64,000 nt of DNA from Novosphingobium sp. (GCF_024642085.1 NZ_JAHEBV010000007.1:28740-92739); one strand, 5' to 3'. Shown: positions 9,786 to 19,401, counted from the stretch's first letter. The notes: generated by a model not told the origin, from the letters alone. A program made the numbers and translations.

Positions 9786-10375
9786 TTAACCTCGATAGTC
9801 TCACCCGATTGACCAGGAAACCCCTCGAACAGCGCCTCAGCCATTTTTGCCGCGGCCAGGTCTGTGCTGGCCAGCGGCGATTTGGCATCAACGCTGAAGC
9901 TGGCACGTCCTTCCCACAGGGTGCGCGCGCTGACGCGGTCCTTGATCACTACACCAAGCTCGGTCTGCATCTGCTGGCCCGATCCGCCGCCCAGATTGAA
10001 GCCCAGACCCAGGCCAAGTCCGCTGCCATAGCTGCCGGTTGACCCGCCCACGCCCACGCTGACCGGTCCTGATTTGCGCGCCGGATCGGACAGGCTGCGG
10101 CTGACCCGCATTTGCGCAATCTGTCCGCCCTGTCCGGCAGCCGCTTCGGCATAGCCCAGCAAAGCAAGCTGGCGCTGCACGGCAAGTCTGTAGGTCTGCC
10201 ATTCCAGCGATTTGCCATCGGTCCCCGGGGCCGGTTCGACCGCCACGGTACCGCGCGAAAGCGAAGCAAACTCAGGCGCATGAAACCGCGTAACCTGAAC
10301 CGGACCGACCGGCGCAACACAACCTGACAGCGCCGCAAAGCCAAGTGCAGCGGCGGCAAGGGGCAGAAACTTCAT
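9782..10375 (-). CDS. DUF4136-like lipoprotein
   Basis: Lipobox ALSGC, G-rich '[21 protein letters not shown]', 'LWEGRA'. 4-bp overlap with the M14 gene. Confidence 0.75.
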   Translation of the reverse strand: MKFLPLAAAALGFAALSGCVAPVGPVQVTRFHAPEFASLSRGTVAVEPAPGTDGKSLEWQTYRLAVQRQLALLGYAEAAAGQGGQIAQMRVSRSLSDPARKSGPVSVGVGGSTGSYGSGLGLGLGFNLGGGSGQQMQTELGVVIKDRVSARTLWEGRASFSVDAKSPLASTDLAAAKMAEALFEGFPGQSGETIEVK

Positions 10376-10446
10376 GGTCCGGCAACCTCTCTTCCGTGTC
10401 ACGTATCCAGACAATGTGTCCCTGAAAGTCGTTTCATGCAAGGATG

Positions 10447-11136
10447 TTAGCGTTTCAGGCTTTCCTCGCCGGTGCGGCCGGGAAAGCCATCGAACAGGGC
10501 TCTGGCAAGGCGCACTGCAACCGCGCCGTCATTCCATTTGTCGTCGCCTTCACGTGTGGCAATGGCGGCGCGGCCTTCCCACAGCACGGTGCCCGAAGCG
10601 CGATCGCGTATGCGCGCTTCCAGCATGGTCGACAGCAGTGCCCGCTTGGGCCTGGTTCCATCGACGTAAAGCCCCAGCCCCAGCATCGAGCCGCGGTTTG
10701 ACAGCCCGACGCTCATCTCGCCGCTGACCGGCTTGCGCTTGACCTCGGCGGGCATCAGTTCGCTGCGCAGGATACGCACTTCGGCCACCTGCCCGCTTCC
10801 AGCAGACGGTGCGGTCCGATAACCTGACTGGATCAGTTCGCTTTCGACCGCCGCCTGGAACGCTGCATCCTGACGCAAGTCCGATCCGCCGCTGCCATCG
10901 GGCATCGCCACCACCGCGATCGTTCCGCTTTGCAGGGCGAAGGCTTCTTCGGCCCGGAACCGCGCCACTTCGATCTTTCCTTCGACGTTGCGGCTTGCGC
11001 GCGAACGCCAGTCGGGCTGATCGTAGCCGCGCCCAAACGTGTCATCCATGCCGCGCCACGGGCCTGCCTGGGCCAGAACCGCGGTTCCGCTCAAGGCCAG
11101 CAGAGCGGCGGCGGCAAAAGACGCTGGGCGGGACAT
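10447..11136 (-). CDS. DUF4136-like secreted protein (paralogue of the adjacent gene)
   Basis: Signal peptide; 'VSGEMSVG...GLGLYV', 'RIRDRASGTVLWEGRA', 'ARALFDGFPG' match the neighbour. Start 11136 or 11142. Confidence 0.7.
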   Translation of the reverse strand: MSRPASFAAAALLALSGTAVLAQAGPWRGMDDTFGRGYDQPDWRSRASRNVEGKIEVARFRAEEAFALQSGTIAVVAMPDGSGGSDLRQDAAFQAAVESELIQSGYRTAPSAGSGQVAEVRILRSELMPAEVKRKPVSGEMSVGLSNRGSMLGLGLYVDGTRPKRALLSTMLEARIRDRASGTVLWEGRAAIATREGDDKWNDGAVAVRLARALFDGFPGRTGEESLKR

Positions 11137-11278
11137 TGGCATGGACGATCTTTCGCAGGGCAAGGCTGACAGCCAGCGCCTTACGCTTTCAGTCCCGCCA
11201 CCTTGCCTTGTGATGAACGCCCCATACTGTATTGCGCCTTTTCCAAGTGTCGGCCTGAAGATCGAAGGACAGCGCCCC

Positions 11279-12283
11279 ATGATCCCTACCCTTCCCGTTC
11301 TTGTCACTGGCGGCGCTGGCTACATTGGCAGCCATGCGGTTCTGGCCCTGACCGATGCCGGCTGGCCCGTCGCGGTGATTGACAACCTGACCACCGGTTT
11401 TCGCTGGGCAGTGCCCGACGGCGTGGCATTCTATCAGGGCGATATCGAGGATGCGGATCTGCTGGCGCGCATTTTTGCCGAACAGAAGATCGGCGCGATC
11501 ATGCATTTTGCCGGATCGATCATCGTTCCCGAATCGGTCGAAAACCCGTTGAAGTATTATCACAACAACACTGCCAAGAGCCGGGCGCTGATCGCCGCTG
11601 CGGTCAAAGCCGGGGTGCCGCATTTCATCTTCAGTTCGACCGCGGCGACCTATGGGATTCCCAGGGTCTCGCCGGTTACTGAAGACAGCGAAAAGGCGCC
11701 GATCAATCCTTACGGGATGTCCAAGCTGATGACCGAGACGATGCTGGCCGATATAGCCGCGGCGCATCCCATCAACTATTGCGCACTACGCTATTTCAAT
11801 GTCGCCGGGGCTGATCCGCGCGCGCGCAGCGGCCAATCCACCGCCGGGGCGACGCACCTGATCAAGGTCGCGGTTGAGGCGGCGCTGGGCAAACGCGGCC
11901 ATGTCGAGGTGTTCGGCACCGATTATGCCACCCCCGACGGAACCGGCGTACGCGATTACATCCATGTCGCTGATCTGGCCAACGCACATGTGCTTGCCCT
12001 GCAGGCACTGATGGCCGATCCAGGCCGCTCGCTGACCATGAACGCGGGATATGGCCGGGGCTTCTCGGTACTCGAAGTGCTCGATGCGGTTGACCGCGTG
12101 ACCAACAATCCGATCTTGCGCAAACTGTCGCCGCGCCGGGCCGGTGATCCCGATGCGCTGATATCGGACAACCGCCGGATCAAGGCGACCTTGCCGTGGC
12201 AGCCGCAATATGCCGATCTTGATACGATCGTCACCCACGCGCTGGCATGGGAACGTCGTTTGTCGGAAATCCGCGACACTTGA
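11279..12283 (+). CDS. galE: UDP-glucose 4-epimerase
   Basis: TGGAGYIGSH, HFAGSIIVPESV, YGMSK, LRYFNVAGAD, DGTGVRDYIHV. Confidence 0.95.
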   Translation: MIPTLPVLVTGGAGYIGSHAVLALTDAGWPVAVIDNLTTGFRWAVPDGVAFYQGDIEDADLLARIFAEQKIGAIMHFAGSIIVPESVENPLKYYHNNTAKSRALIAAAVKAGVPHFIFSSTAATYGIPRVSPVTEDSEKAPINPYGMSKLMTETMLADIAAAHPINYCALRYFNVAGADPRARSGQSTAGATHLIKVAVEAALGKRGHVEVFGTDYATPDGTGVRDYIHVADLANAHVLALQALMADPGRSLTMNAGYGRGFSVLEVLDAVDRVTNNPILRKLSPRRAGDPDALISDNRRIKATLPWQPQYADLDTIVTHALAWERRLSEIRDT

Positions 12284-12352
12284 TAGAGCGCCCTTGGCGA
12301 CCGGGCTGCTTCATGGCAGCACCGCATCCATACCAGACAAGGGGCTCCATCG

Positions 12353-13978
12353 ATGATCAAGCATGCCTTTTTTGCCGGCGCAGCCGCGCTGGCGCTGACC
12401 GCCATCTCCACCGCTGCCCATGCCGATGCCAGCGATGCCCAGATCGATGCGGTGATCGATGAAGGCCTGAACCGCAGCGAAGCGATGACCACTGCCTCGG
12501 CCCTGATGGACGGAATCGGCCCGCGCCTGACCAATTCTGAAGGCTATCGCCGCGCCGCCGACTGGGCGATCGCGCGGTTTGATTCGCTTGGCTTGCAGAA
12601 CGTCCATCGCGAAGCGTTCGATTTCGGCCTGGGCTGGAACATCGACAGCTACAGCGCCCGCATGGTCGAGCCGCGCATGGTCAGCATGACCGCCATACCC
12701 GTGGCCTGGTCTCCGCCGACCAATGGTACGCTGCGCGCGCCGGTCATCGTCGCCCCGGTTGGCAATCCTGCCCGGTTCGAACTTTGGAAGCAGGAATGGA
12801 AGGGCAAGCTGGCGGGCAAGATCGTGATGACATCGATGCCCGGCAGCACGACCGAATCGGACAAGCCGGTGTTCCGCCGCCTGGATGACAAGGACCTTGG
12901 CGGCTATGACAAATACAGCCTGCCCAGCTTTGATCCCGATGCCACCGACCGCCGACTGCGCCGGGTCAACGTACCGCTGGATATCAGCCGCTTTCTGAAA
13001 GACGAAGGCGCACTGGCGATGGTCAAGATCAGCTACCGCGACGGTATGCTGGTCCACGGTGAGGGCTACAATTACCGCGCTGGCGAAACTCTGGCCTTGC
13101 CTGCCTTTGAACTGGCGGCAGAGGATTACCGCCGCCTGGTCCGCCTGGCCAAAACGGGCACCGCGCCGCAGATCGAATTGAACCTTGCCGCCCGCTATGA
13201 CGACAAGGTCACCCGCGCAGAAAACCTGTTCGGCGATATCGCCGGCAGCGATCCCAAGGCCGGATACGTAATGGCCGGCGCACATTTCGATTCGTGGATC
13301 GCCGGCGACGGCGCGGCGGACAATGGCGCGGGCAGCGTGGTGGTAATCGAAGCTGCGCGCATCCTCAAACGTCTGGGCGTCAAGCCGCGCCGCACGATCC
13401 GATTTGCCCTGTGGACCGGCGAGGAACAGGGTCTGCTCGGCAGCCGCGCATATATCGAACAGCATCTGGCTACCCGCCCTGTCGATAGCAAGCTAACCGG
13501 CATCGCCGCCTATTCGGCCTGGGCCAACGCCTGGCCGATCACTCCCAAGGCGGGCTACGGCGATCTCAAGGCCTATTTCAATCTGGACAACGGCGGCGGC
13601 AAGATCCGCGGAGTCTATGCGGAAAACAACATTGCCGCCGAACCGATGCTCAAAAAGTGGCTCAGCCCGTTTGATGGTCTGGGTGCAAGCCGGGTCGTGA
13701 CCAGCAAGACCGGCGGGACTGACCACGTCTTCATGCAGGCGATCGGGCTGCCCGGATACCAGTTCATCCAGGACCCGCTCGACTATGACAGCCGGGTCCA
13801 CCATTCCAACCTGGATACGGTCGACCATTTGCGCGGCGACGATCTGCGCCAGGCGGCCACGATCATGGCCGCGATGCTGCTGCAGGCTGCGAACAGCGAC
13901 AAGGACCTGCCGCGCCAGCCGCTGCCGGCCAAGCCCGTGCCGACCGATCCGTTTAAGGTGGCCGATCCGGATGAATAA
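12353..13978 (+). CDS. Secreted M28 family metallopeptidase (carboxypeptidase Q-like)
   Basis: Signal peptide, GAHFDSW, DNGAG, GEEQGLLGS, NLDNG, TDH, HHSNLD. Confidence 0.88.
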   Translation: MIKHAFFAGAAALALTAISTAAHADASDAQIDAVIDEGLNRSEAMTTASALMDGIGPRLTNSEGYRRAADWAIARFDSLGLQNVHREAFDFGLGWNIDSYSARMVEPRMVSMTAIPVAWSPPTNGTLRAPVIVAPVGNPARFELWKQEWKGKLAGKIVMTSMPGSTTESDKPVFRRLDDKDLGGYDKYSLPSFDPDATDRRLRRVNVPLDISRFLKDEGALAMVKISYRDGMLVHGEGYNYRAGETLALPAFELAAEDYRRLVRLAKTGTAPQIELNLAARYDDKVTRAENLFGDIAGSDPKAGYVMAGAHFDSWIAGDGAADNGAGSVVVIEAARILKRLGVKPRRTIRFALWTGEEQGLLGSRAYIEQHLATRPVDSKLTGIAAYSAWANAWPITPKAGYGDLKAYFNLDNGGGKIRGVYAENNIAAEPMLKKWLSPFDGLGASRVVTSKTGGTDHVFMQAIGLPGYQFIQDPLDYDSRVHHSNLDTVDHLRGDDLRQAATIMAAMLLQAANSDKDLPRQPLPAKPVPTDPFKVADPDE

Positions 13979-14001
13979 GAAGGTGCCGGGGCGCGAATCT
14001 C

Positions 14002-14030
14002 TTGACTTCGCGGCCTGGCACCCATAACGG
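14002..14030 (+). promoter_or_regulatory. sigma70-type promoter of rpmJ
   Basis: TTGACT-N17-TAACGG, with GAATC at 13995-13999. Confidence 0.6.
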
Positions 14031-14074
14031 CCCCACTTCCAATTTCAGCGGGATTTGCCCGCACGAGAGAAACC

Positions 14075-14200
14075 ATGAAGATTCGCAACAGCCTCAAGTC
14101 GCTCAAGGACCGCCACCGGGACAACCGCGTGATTCGCCGCCGTGGCCGGACCTATGTGATCAACAAGACCAACCGCCGCTTCAAGGCGCGCCAGGGCTAA
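14075..14200 (+). CDS. rpmJ: 50S ribosomal protein L36 (zinc-free type B); absent from the ORF track
   Basis: Translates to [41 protein letters not shown]. Confidence 0.97.
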   Translation: MKIRNSLKSLKDRHRDNRVIRRRGRTYVINKTNRRFKARQG

Positions 14201-14298
14201 ACTGCTCTGGCTGGCGGGCCGGACCCGCCGGTTGCCAACGGCCCGCCTCCGCACAGGGGAGCGGGCCGCTGCCGTTTATGACCGGGAGGTATGGCGCC

Positions 14299-14910
14299 AT
14301 GACACAGATCGAAGCGGTCGTGTTCGATGTCGGCAATGTGCTGGTGCGCTGGGATCGGCGGCTGCCTTTTGTCGGCCATTTTACTGATCCCGAAGACCTT
14401 GATCGTTTCCTTGAGGAGGTTATCCCCCTGTCATGGCACGCCGAGCACGACGCTGGCCGGCCCGCCGCTGAAATGGTGGCTGAACGCAGCGCGCTGTTCC
14501 CGGACCATGCCGCACTGATCGCCCGGTGGTTCACCCATTTTCACGAATCAGTGCCCGGGCCGGTGCCCGGTAGTCCCGAACTGGTGGAAGCCCTGCATGC
14601 CCGCGGCGTTCCGCTTTACGCGATTACCAATTTTGGCGCGGATACCTGGGCCGGATTTTCCCCGACTTTCAACTTGGCACAGCGCTTTCGCGACATCGTG
14701 GTGTCTGGGGTGGAGAAGCTGTCCAAGCCTGACCCGGCGATCTTTGCACTGGCAGCGGGGCGGTTTGGCCATGCGCCAGGGACGATGCTGTTTGTCGACG
14801 ATAGTCTGCCCAATGTGGAGGCCGCCCGCGATTGCGGCTGGCATGCCCATCACTTTGTCGATGCGGACGGGCTGGAGGAAGATCTGCGCAACCGGCGCTT
14901 GCTGGCCTGA
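14299..14910 (+). CDS. HAD family phosphatase
   Basis: VVFDVGNVL motif I, ITNF, KPDPAIF, FVDD. GGGAGG RBS. Confidence 0.9.
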   Translation: MTQIEAVVFDVGNVLVRWDRRLPFVGHFTDPEDLDRFLEEVIPLSWHAEHDAGRPAAEMVAERSALFPDHAALIARWFTHFHESVPGPVPGSPELVEALHARGVPLYAITNFGADTWAGFSPTFNLAQRFRDIVVSGVEKLSKPDPAIFALAAGRFGHAPGTMLFVDDSLPNVEAARDCGWHAHHFVDADGLEEDLRNRRLLA

Positions 14911-14918
14911 TCCCACAC

Positions 14919-14955
14919 AAAAAAGGGCCCCCGTTCAAAGGAACGAGGGCCGTTT
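14919..14955. terminator. Bidirectional intrinsic terminator
   Basis: A6-GGCCC.CGTTC-loop-GAACG.GGGCC-GTTT between convergent genes. Confidence 0.75.
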
Positions 14956-14988
14956 GAGGGTGGGCTGTCAGGATGCCTGGTTTACGCT

Positions 14989-15333
14989 TCAGGCGGCAGC
15001 GTTGCAGTGCTGAAGGTCTTCAGCGCTGAGTTCGCCCTTGGGGGTGGCGAATTTGGTGACGGCGCCAAAAGTCTTGACGACCTGTCTGCATGTGTTGACC
15101 GCGCGCGATCCGTCGACCGGGCCGACGCAGGCATCGCCAGCGCACTTCCACAGAACGCCGTTGACGACCTTCTTGGCCGGGGCTTCAAGCCCGCTGACCA
15201 GAGTGGCGGAATAGGCATTGGTCCCCGCCTTGGCCGGCGAAACAGTCGCGCCGAAGCTGGCGATCGTGCCCGCCATGGCAAGGCCGGCGGCGAACAGCAT
15301 GCGCGGCAGCGGATTCTGGGTCTGGATAATCAT
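14989..15333 (-). CDS. Secreted four-Cys protein (CC_3452-like)
   Basis: Signal peptide, 'VLWKCAGDAC', 'TCRQVVKTFGAVTKF', 'LSAEDLQHCN'. Confidence 0.7.
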   Translation of the reverse strand: MIIQTQNPLPRMLFAAGLAMAGTIASFGATVSPAKAGTNAYSATLVSGLEAPAKKVVNGVLWKCAGDACVGPVDGSRAVNTCRQVVKTFGAVTKFATPKGELSAEDLQHCNAAA

Positions 15334-15529
15334 GGTTATTCCCCTTGTATGTCTGGAACGCAGGGACCGGCATTTCCTGGGAGGGAGGCTGTGTCGATTT
15401 GCGTTGCGAATCACTACCTATCAAGATAAGTTTTTAGTTGCAACCTGAAACTGTTCAGCGGGGCAAAGATTTTTTTGTGCAACCTTAAGCCAGATTGGTT
15501 TAGGGTCGGCCCATAGAAGAGGATCGCCA

Positions 15530-16042
15530 ATGGGAAAGCTTCACGAACCGCTGGATTGCCAGAACTGCGGCCTGCCTGCTGCTCTTGAAGTGATGGGCGA
15601 ACGTTGGTCGTTCATGATTCTGCGCGCCGCATTTAACGGCCTGCATCATTTCGAAGAGTTTCTTGGCGCGCTGGGCATTGCCCGCAACATCCTGTCGAAT
15701 CGTCTGGCCCGTCTGGTCGAACACGGCATCATGAAGCGTGAGGCGCTTCCCGACGATCGCCGCAAGATCGAATATCGCCTGACAGAAAAAGGGCTTGATC
15801 TACTTCCTGCCATGCTGGCGCTGCGCCAGTGGGGAGAAAAGTACGGCGAAGGTGTGCCAAGCAATCCTGTGCTGTGCGATGTCCGAGACGGGCTGCCGAT
15901 CGGCGCTATCAACATTCGCGCCCATGACAGCCGGGTCCTGGGGCCCAAGGATCTGGAATGGCGTGACCGCGCTGATGTGGGCGCAGCCATTCATAACGAC
16001 GACGATGCACCGGTCCGTCCGGCGCTGAACGCATTGGGTTAG
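15530..16042 (+). CDS. HxlR-family winged-helix regulator
   Basis: 'CGLPAALEVMGERWSFMILR', 'ARNILSNRLARLV', 'YRLTEKGLDL'. Confidence 0.9.
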   Translation: MGKLHEPLDCQNCGLPAALEVMGERWSFMILRAAFNGLHHFEEFLGALGIARNILSNRLARLVEHGIMKREALPDDRRKIEYRLTEKGLDLLPAMLALRQWGEKYGEGVPSNPVLCDVRDGLPIGAINIRAHDSRVLGPKDLEWRDRADVGAAIHNDDDAPVRPALNALG

Positions 16043-16110
16043 CAAGCAGCCAGACCAACGCTTACGTATTCCGGTTTGCGTTTCAGTCCATCTTCAATCA
16101 CTATGCTGCA

Positions 16111-16431
16111 ATGCAGCAAGTTCAGAAGCTACCCGATACCGACGAGCGCAAGTTCCTCGAAGCCATTGCCCGGCGTGTCCTGATCCGCGCCGACTATAAT
16201 GGCGCGCAAATGCTGCTGGCCCCTCACCAACTGTTCGAACGGCACGATGAACTCTATGTGGGCGCGCTCAACATGGGCAAGGCCTGGCGCAGCGACGACG
16301 AGCGCCGGCTTGGCTTCTTCAAGCTTAAGGGCCTTGGCAACGTCAGCCTGACCGAAGATGGCTTTGAGCCGCTCGACCTTGAAGCGGCAGCTCTTCCCCG
16401 CCCCGAAGACCGCCTGCTGTTCGCGGTTTAA
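16111..16431 (+). CDS. Small hypothetical protein, WYL-like domain only
   Basis: 106 aa, 'EAIARRVLIRADYN...LAPHQL...ELYVGA...FFKLKGL...TEDGF'. Confidence 0.6.
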   Translation: MQQVQKLPDTDERKFLEAIARRVLIRADYNGAQMLLAPHQLFERHDELYVGALNMGKAWRSDDERRLGFFKLKGLGNVSLTEDGFEPLDLEAAALPRPEDRLLFAV

Positions 16432-16437
16432 GCGCGG

Positions 16438-17946
16438 TTATGCGCGCGGCGCGGTGCGGCGATAACTGAGCGCTTCGGCCACGTGGATGCGCCCGATGCC
16501 TTCGCTGCCCGATAAATCGGCGATGGTGCGCGAAACCCGCAGCATTCGCGTATAGCCGCGCGCTGACAGGCGCATCGCTTCTGCCGCCTGCAGCAGCAGT
16601 TTGCGGCCCGGCTCGTCCGGCGTCGCGTGCGCTTCCAGCAAATCACCATCCAGTTCGGCATTGCTGCGTTTGGCCGTACCGCTAAGCCGCGCCATCTGCA
16701 CTTGGCGAGCGGCAGCCACCCGTGCGGCCACTTCGGCGCTGCCTTCGGCAGGCGGCGGAAGGGCAAGGTCGGCGGCACTGACTGGATCCACCTCGACATG
16801 CAGGTCGATCCGGTCGAGCAGCGGTCCCGATACCTTTCCTTGATAATCGGCGGCGCAGCGCGGCGCGCGGCTGCAACCCAAGGCCGGATCGCCCAGATGC
16901 CCACAGCGGCACGGATTCATCGCAGCAACCAGCTGCACCCGCGCCGGAAACGTCACATGGGCATTGGCGCGGGCGACATCGACCACCCCGGTTTCGAGCG
17001 GCTGACGCAGGGAATCGAGCACGGCGCGCTGAAACTCGGGCAGTTCATCCAGAAACAGCACCCCCAGGTGCGCCAGGCTGACCTCCCCCGGTTTGACCCG
17101 CAGCCCGCCGCCGGTCAGCGCCGCCATCGAAGCCGAATGGTGCGGCGATCGGAACGGCCGGGCACGGCTGATCCGACCTTCTTCCAGCGTGCCGGCGACC
17201 GATGCGACCATCGACACTTCCAGCGCCTCTGCCGGAGACAGTTCGGGCAATATTCCCGGCAGGCACGAGGCAAGAAGCGACTTTCCCGCGCCCGGCGGCC
17301 CGATCAGCAGCAGGTTGTGCCCGCCCGCTGCGGCAATTTCGAGCGCACGCTTGGCCACTTCCTGGCCCTTGACCTGTTTAAGGTCCGGCCCGAAGCCTGG
17401 GGGATCGGCCTGACCGGGCTGCGGCGGGCTGAGCTGCTGGGTCCCCTTCAGATGATTAAGCAGGCTGACCAGATCGGGCGCGGCAACAACGGAAACGCCG
17501 CCCGCCCAGCTTGCCTCTGCCCCCTGGGCCGCGGGACAGACCAGCCCCTTGCCTGCGCTGCCGGCATGGATCGCTGCCAGCAGCACCCCGGGCGTCGCAA
17601 CGATCCGCCCGTCAAGCGCCAGTTCGCCAACCGCGACGAAATCGGCCAGCTGCTCCGCATCGGTGACACCCATCGCCGCCAGCAGCGCCAGCGCTATCGG
17701 CAGGTCATAGTGCGATCCTTCCTTGGGCAGATCGGCAGGGGAAAGATTGATAGTGATCCGCTTGGGCGGCAGCGACAGGCCCATTGAAGCCAGCGCGGCA
17801 TGGACCCGTTCGCGGCTTTCATTCACTGCCTTGTCGGGCAAGCCAACCAGATTGAACCGCGGCATGCCCGGCGCAATCTGGCACTGCACCTCAACACTTC
17901 GCGCCTCTAGCCCGAGATAGGCAACCGTAGAAACCAGCGCGACCAC
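16438..17946 (-). CDS. comM: YifB/ComM Mg-chelatase-like AAA+ ATPase
   Basis: NLSPADLPKEGSHYDLPIA, GPPGAGKS, PFRSPHHSAS, LFLDELPEF, AAMNPCRCG, SGPLLDRID. Confidence 0.92.
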   Translation of the reverse strand: MVALVSTVAYLGLEARSVEVQCQIAPGMPRFNLVGLPDKAVNESRERVHAALASMGLSLPPKRITINLSPADLPKEGSHYDLPIALALLAAMGVTDAEQLADFVAVGELALDGRIVATPGVLLAAIHAGSAGKGLVCPAAQGAEASWAGGVSVVAAPDLVSLLNHLKGTQQLSPPQPGQADPPGFGPDLKQVKGQEVAKRALEIAAAGGHNLLLIGPPGAGKSLLASCLPGILPELSPAEALEVSMVASVAGTLEEGRISRARPFRSPHHSASMAALTGGGLRVKPGEVSLAHLGVLFLDELPEFQRAVLDSLRQPLETGVVDVARANAHVTFPARVQLVAAMNPCRCGHLGDPALGCSRAPRCAADYQGKVSGPLLDRIDLHVEVDPVSAADLALPPPAEGSAEVAARVAAARQVQMARLSGTAKRSNAELDGDLLEAHATPDEPGRKLLLQAAEAMRLSARGYTRMLRVSRTIADLSGSEGIGRIHVAEALSYRRTAPRA

Positions 17947-18031
17947 GCGTAAACCCCCGAACTAACGTATAATTACAGCGTGATGCAGGAGCGATCCCGC
18001 GCTGTCGAGGGGCGCAGCGGTAAAAGTGGCA

Positions 18032-18047
18032 GTAACTCGATTTTAAC
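18032..18047. promoter_or_regulatory. CtrA-like box in the comM divergent intergenic region
   Basis: GTAA-CTCGATT-TTAAC, one mismatch to TTAA-N7-TTAAC. Confidence 0.45.
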
Positions 18048-18094
18048 CGGCCTGCTTGGCAAAGCAGCAACACGCGCGGGCCGATTATGCACTG

Positions 18095-18781
18095 ATGCGC
18101 ACGCTTGCCGCCCTTCTGTTGCCGCTTCTGGCCCTGACCGTTTCGCCCGCCGCCGCGCGGGCAGCGGACGCTGGGTCTGTGGTTGTAACGGTGGAAGAGG
18201 TGGTATTCGAAAGCCAGGGGGGCTCGGAACGGATCGTGGGCGTGGCACCGCCGGCACTGCCGCGCGGCATTGCCACCTACGGTCCGTTCCGGGTGCTGGA
18301 CGCTGGGCATGCCGCGCTGGTCGACGTGACCGACGCGCGCAGTCCGGCGCAATTCGGCGCGATGCTCAAGGCCCATCCCGGCATCGCCGTGATCGAAATG
18401 ATCGAATGCCCTGGCACCGAAGATGACCGCGCCAACCTGCTGCTGGGCCGCATGATTCATGCCCGCGGGATAGCCACGCACGTCCCGGCAGGCGGATCTG
18501 TGCGCTCGGGCGGGGTCGAACTGTTTCTGGCAGGTGCCCGGCGCGTGGCCGATGAAGGATCTGAATTTGCCGTCCACGCCTGGGAAGACGAAGACGGCCG
18601 CGAGGCGACCGACTATCCCGCCGATGCTCCTGAAAACCGTGCCTACCTCGATTATTACCGCGAAATGGGCATGACCGCGCAGCAGGCCGCATCGTTTTAT
18701 GCGATGACCAATTCAGTGCCTTTCGCCAATGCCAGGTGGCTGACCGCCGCCGACATGCGCGGCTGGGTCAGCCTGAACTAG
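18095..18781 (+). CDS. Secreted ClpP/crotonase-like protein
   Basis: Signal peptide, 'CPGT.DD.AN..LGR.I', 'RSGGVELFLAG', 'FAVHAW'. Confidence 0.65.
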   Translation: MRTLAALLLPLLALTVSPAAARAADAGSVVVTVEEVVFESQGGSERIVGVAPPALPRGIATYGPFRVLDAGHAALVDVTDARSPAQFGAMLKAHPGIAVIEMIECPGTEDDRANLLLGRMIHARGIATHVPAGGSVRSGGVELFLAGARRVADEGSEFAVHAWEDEDGREATDYPADAPENRAYLDYYREMGMTAQQAASFYAMTNSVPFANARWLTAADMRGWVSLN

Positions 18782-18794
18782 AGCCAGGCACAGC

Positions 18795-18823
18795 TTGACT
18801 CCGGCACGTCCGTCACGTAACGG
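18795..18823 (+). promoter_or_regulatory. sigma70-type promoter of the rpmH operon
   Basis: TTGACT-N17-TAACGG; GACTC overlaps the -35 element. Confidence 0.6.
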
Positions 18824-18889
18824 CGCGCCTCTGTTATTCGGTCGTCCAGATGGACGGTCTACTTGCCATAGAGATTCGAAGGTTTTGTC

Positions 18890-19024
18890 ATGAAGCGCAC
18901 TTTCCAGCCCAGCAACCTCGTTCGCGCCCGCCGTCATGGCTTTCGCGCCCGGACGGCTACGGTTGGCGGCCGCAACATTCTGCGCGCTCGCCGCGCCCGC
19001 GGACGCAAGAAGCTGTCCGCCTGA
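18890..19024 (+). CDS. rpmH: 50S ribosomal protein L34; absent from the ORF track
   Basis: [44 protein letters not shown]. Confidence 0.97.
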   Translation: MKRTFQPSNLVRARRHGFRARTATVGGRNILRARRARGRKKLSA

Positions 19025-19038
19025 GCGAAAAGCCAAAG

Positions 19039-19401
19039 ATGTCGGTCCTGACCAAACGGGCCGATTTTCTTGCTGCAAACCGGGGCTTGCGGGTAGCACG
19101 CCCCGGTTTTGTGTTGTTGGTAAACCGCAACGATTGCGATGCGATCCGCTATGGCATCACCGTGACCAAGAAGATCGGTAATGCCGTTGTGCGCAACCGG
19201 ATGAAGCGCCGCTTTCGCGCACTGCTGCGCGAACTGTTGCCAAGCGCCGGGCTTCCCGCCCATGATCATATCCTGATCGGCCGCGACGGCGGGGTCGAAC
19301 GAGAGTTTGCCAAACTGCGCGAGGAACTGGCCATGGCGCTTTTGCGCGCGGCGCAGGGCAAGGGCGATCCGCCCCGCCGCCCCAGAACCGGCCCGCGATG
19401 A
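19039..19401 (+). CDS. rnpA: Ribonuclease P protein component
   Basis: KRADFL, GITVTKKIGNAVVRNRMKRRFR (RNR motif). Confidence 0.95.
   Translation: MSVLTKRADFLAANRGLRVARPGFVLLVNRNDCDAIRYGITVTKKIGNAVVRNRMKRRFRALLRELLPSAGLPAHDHILIGRDGGVEREFAKLREELAMALLRAAQGKGDPPRRPRTGPR

Noticed and set aside
14075-14200. Zinc-free L36 as a zinc-starvation paralogue
   Set aside because: The Cys-free form is the usual L36 in alphaproteobacteria; no Zur box or type-B L31 partner is adjacent.
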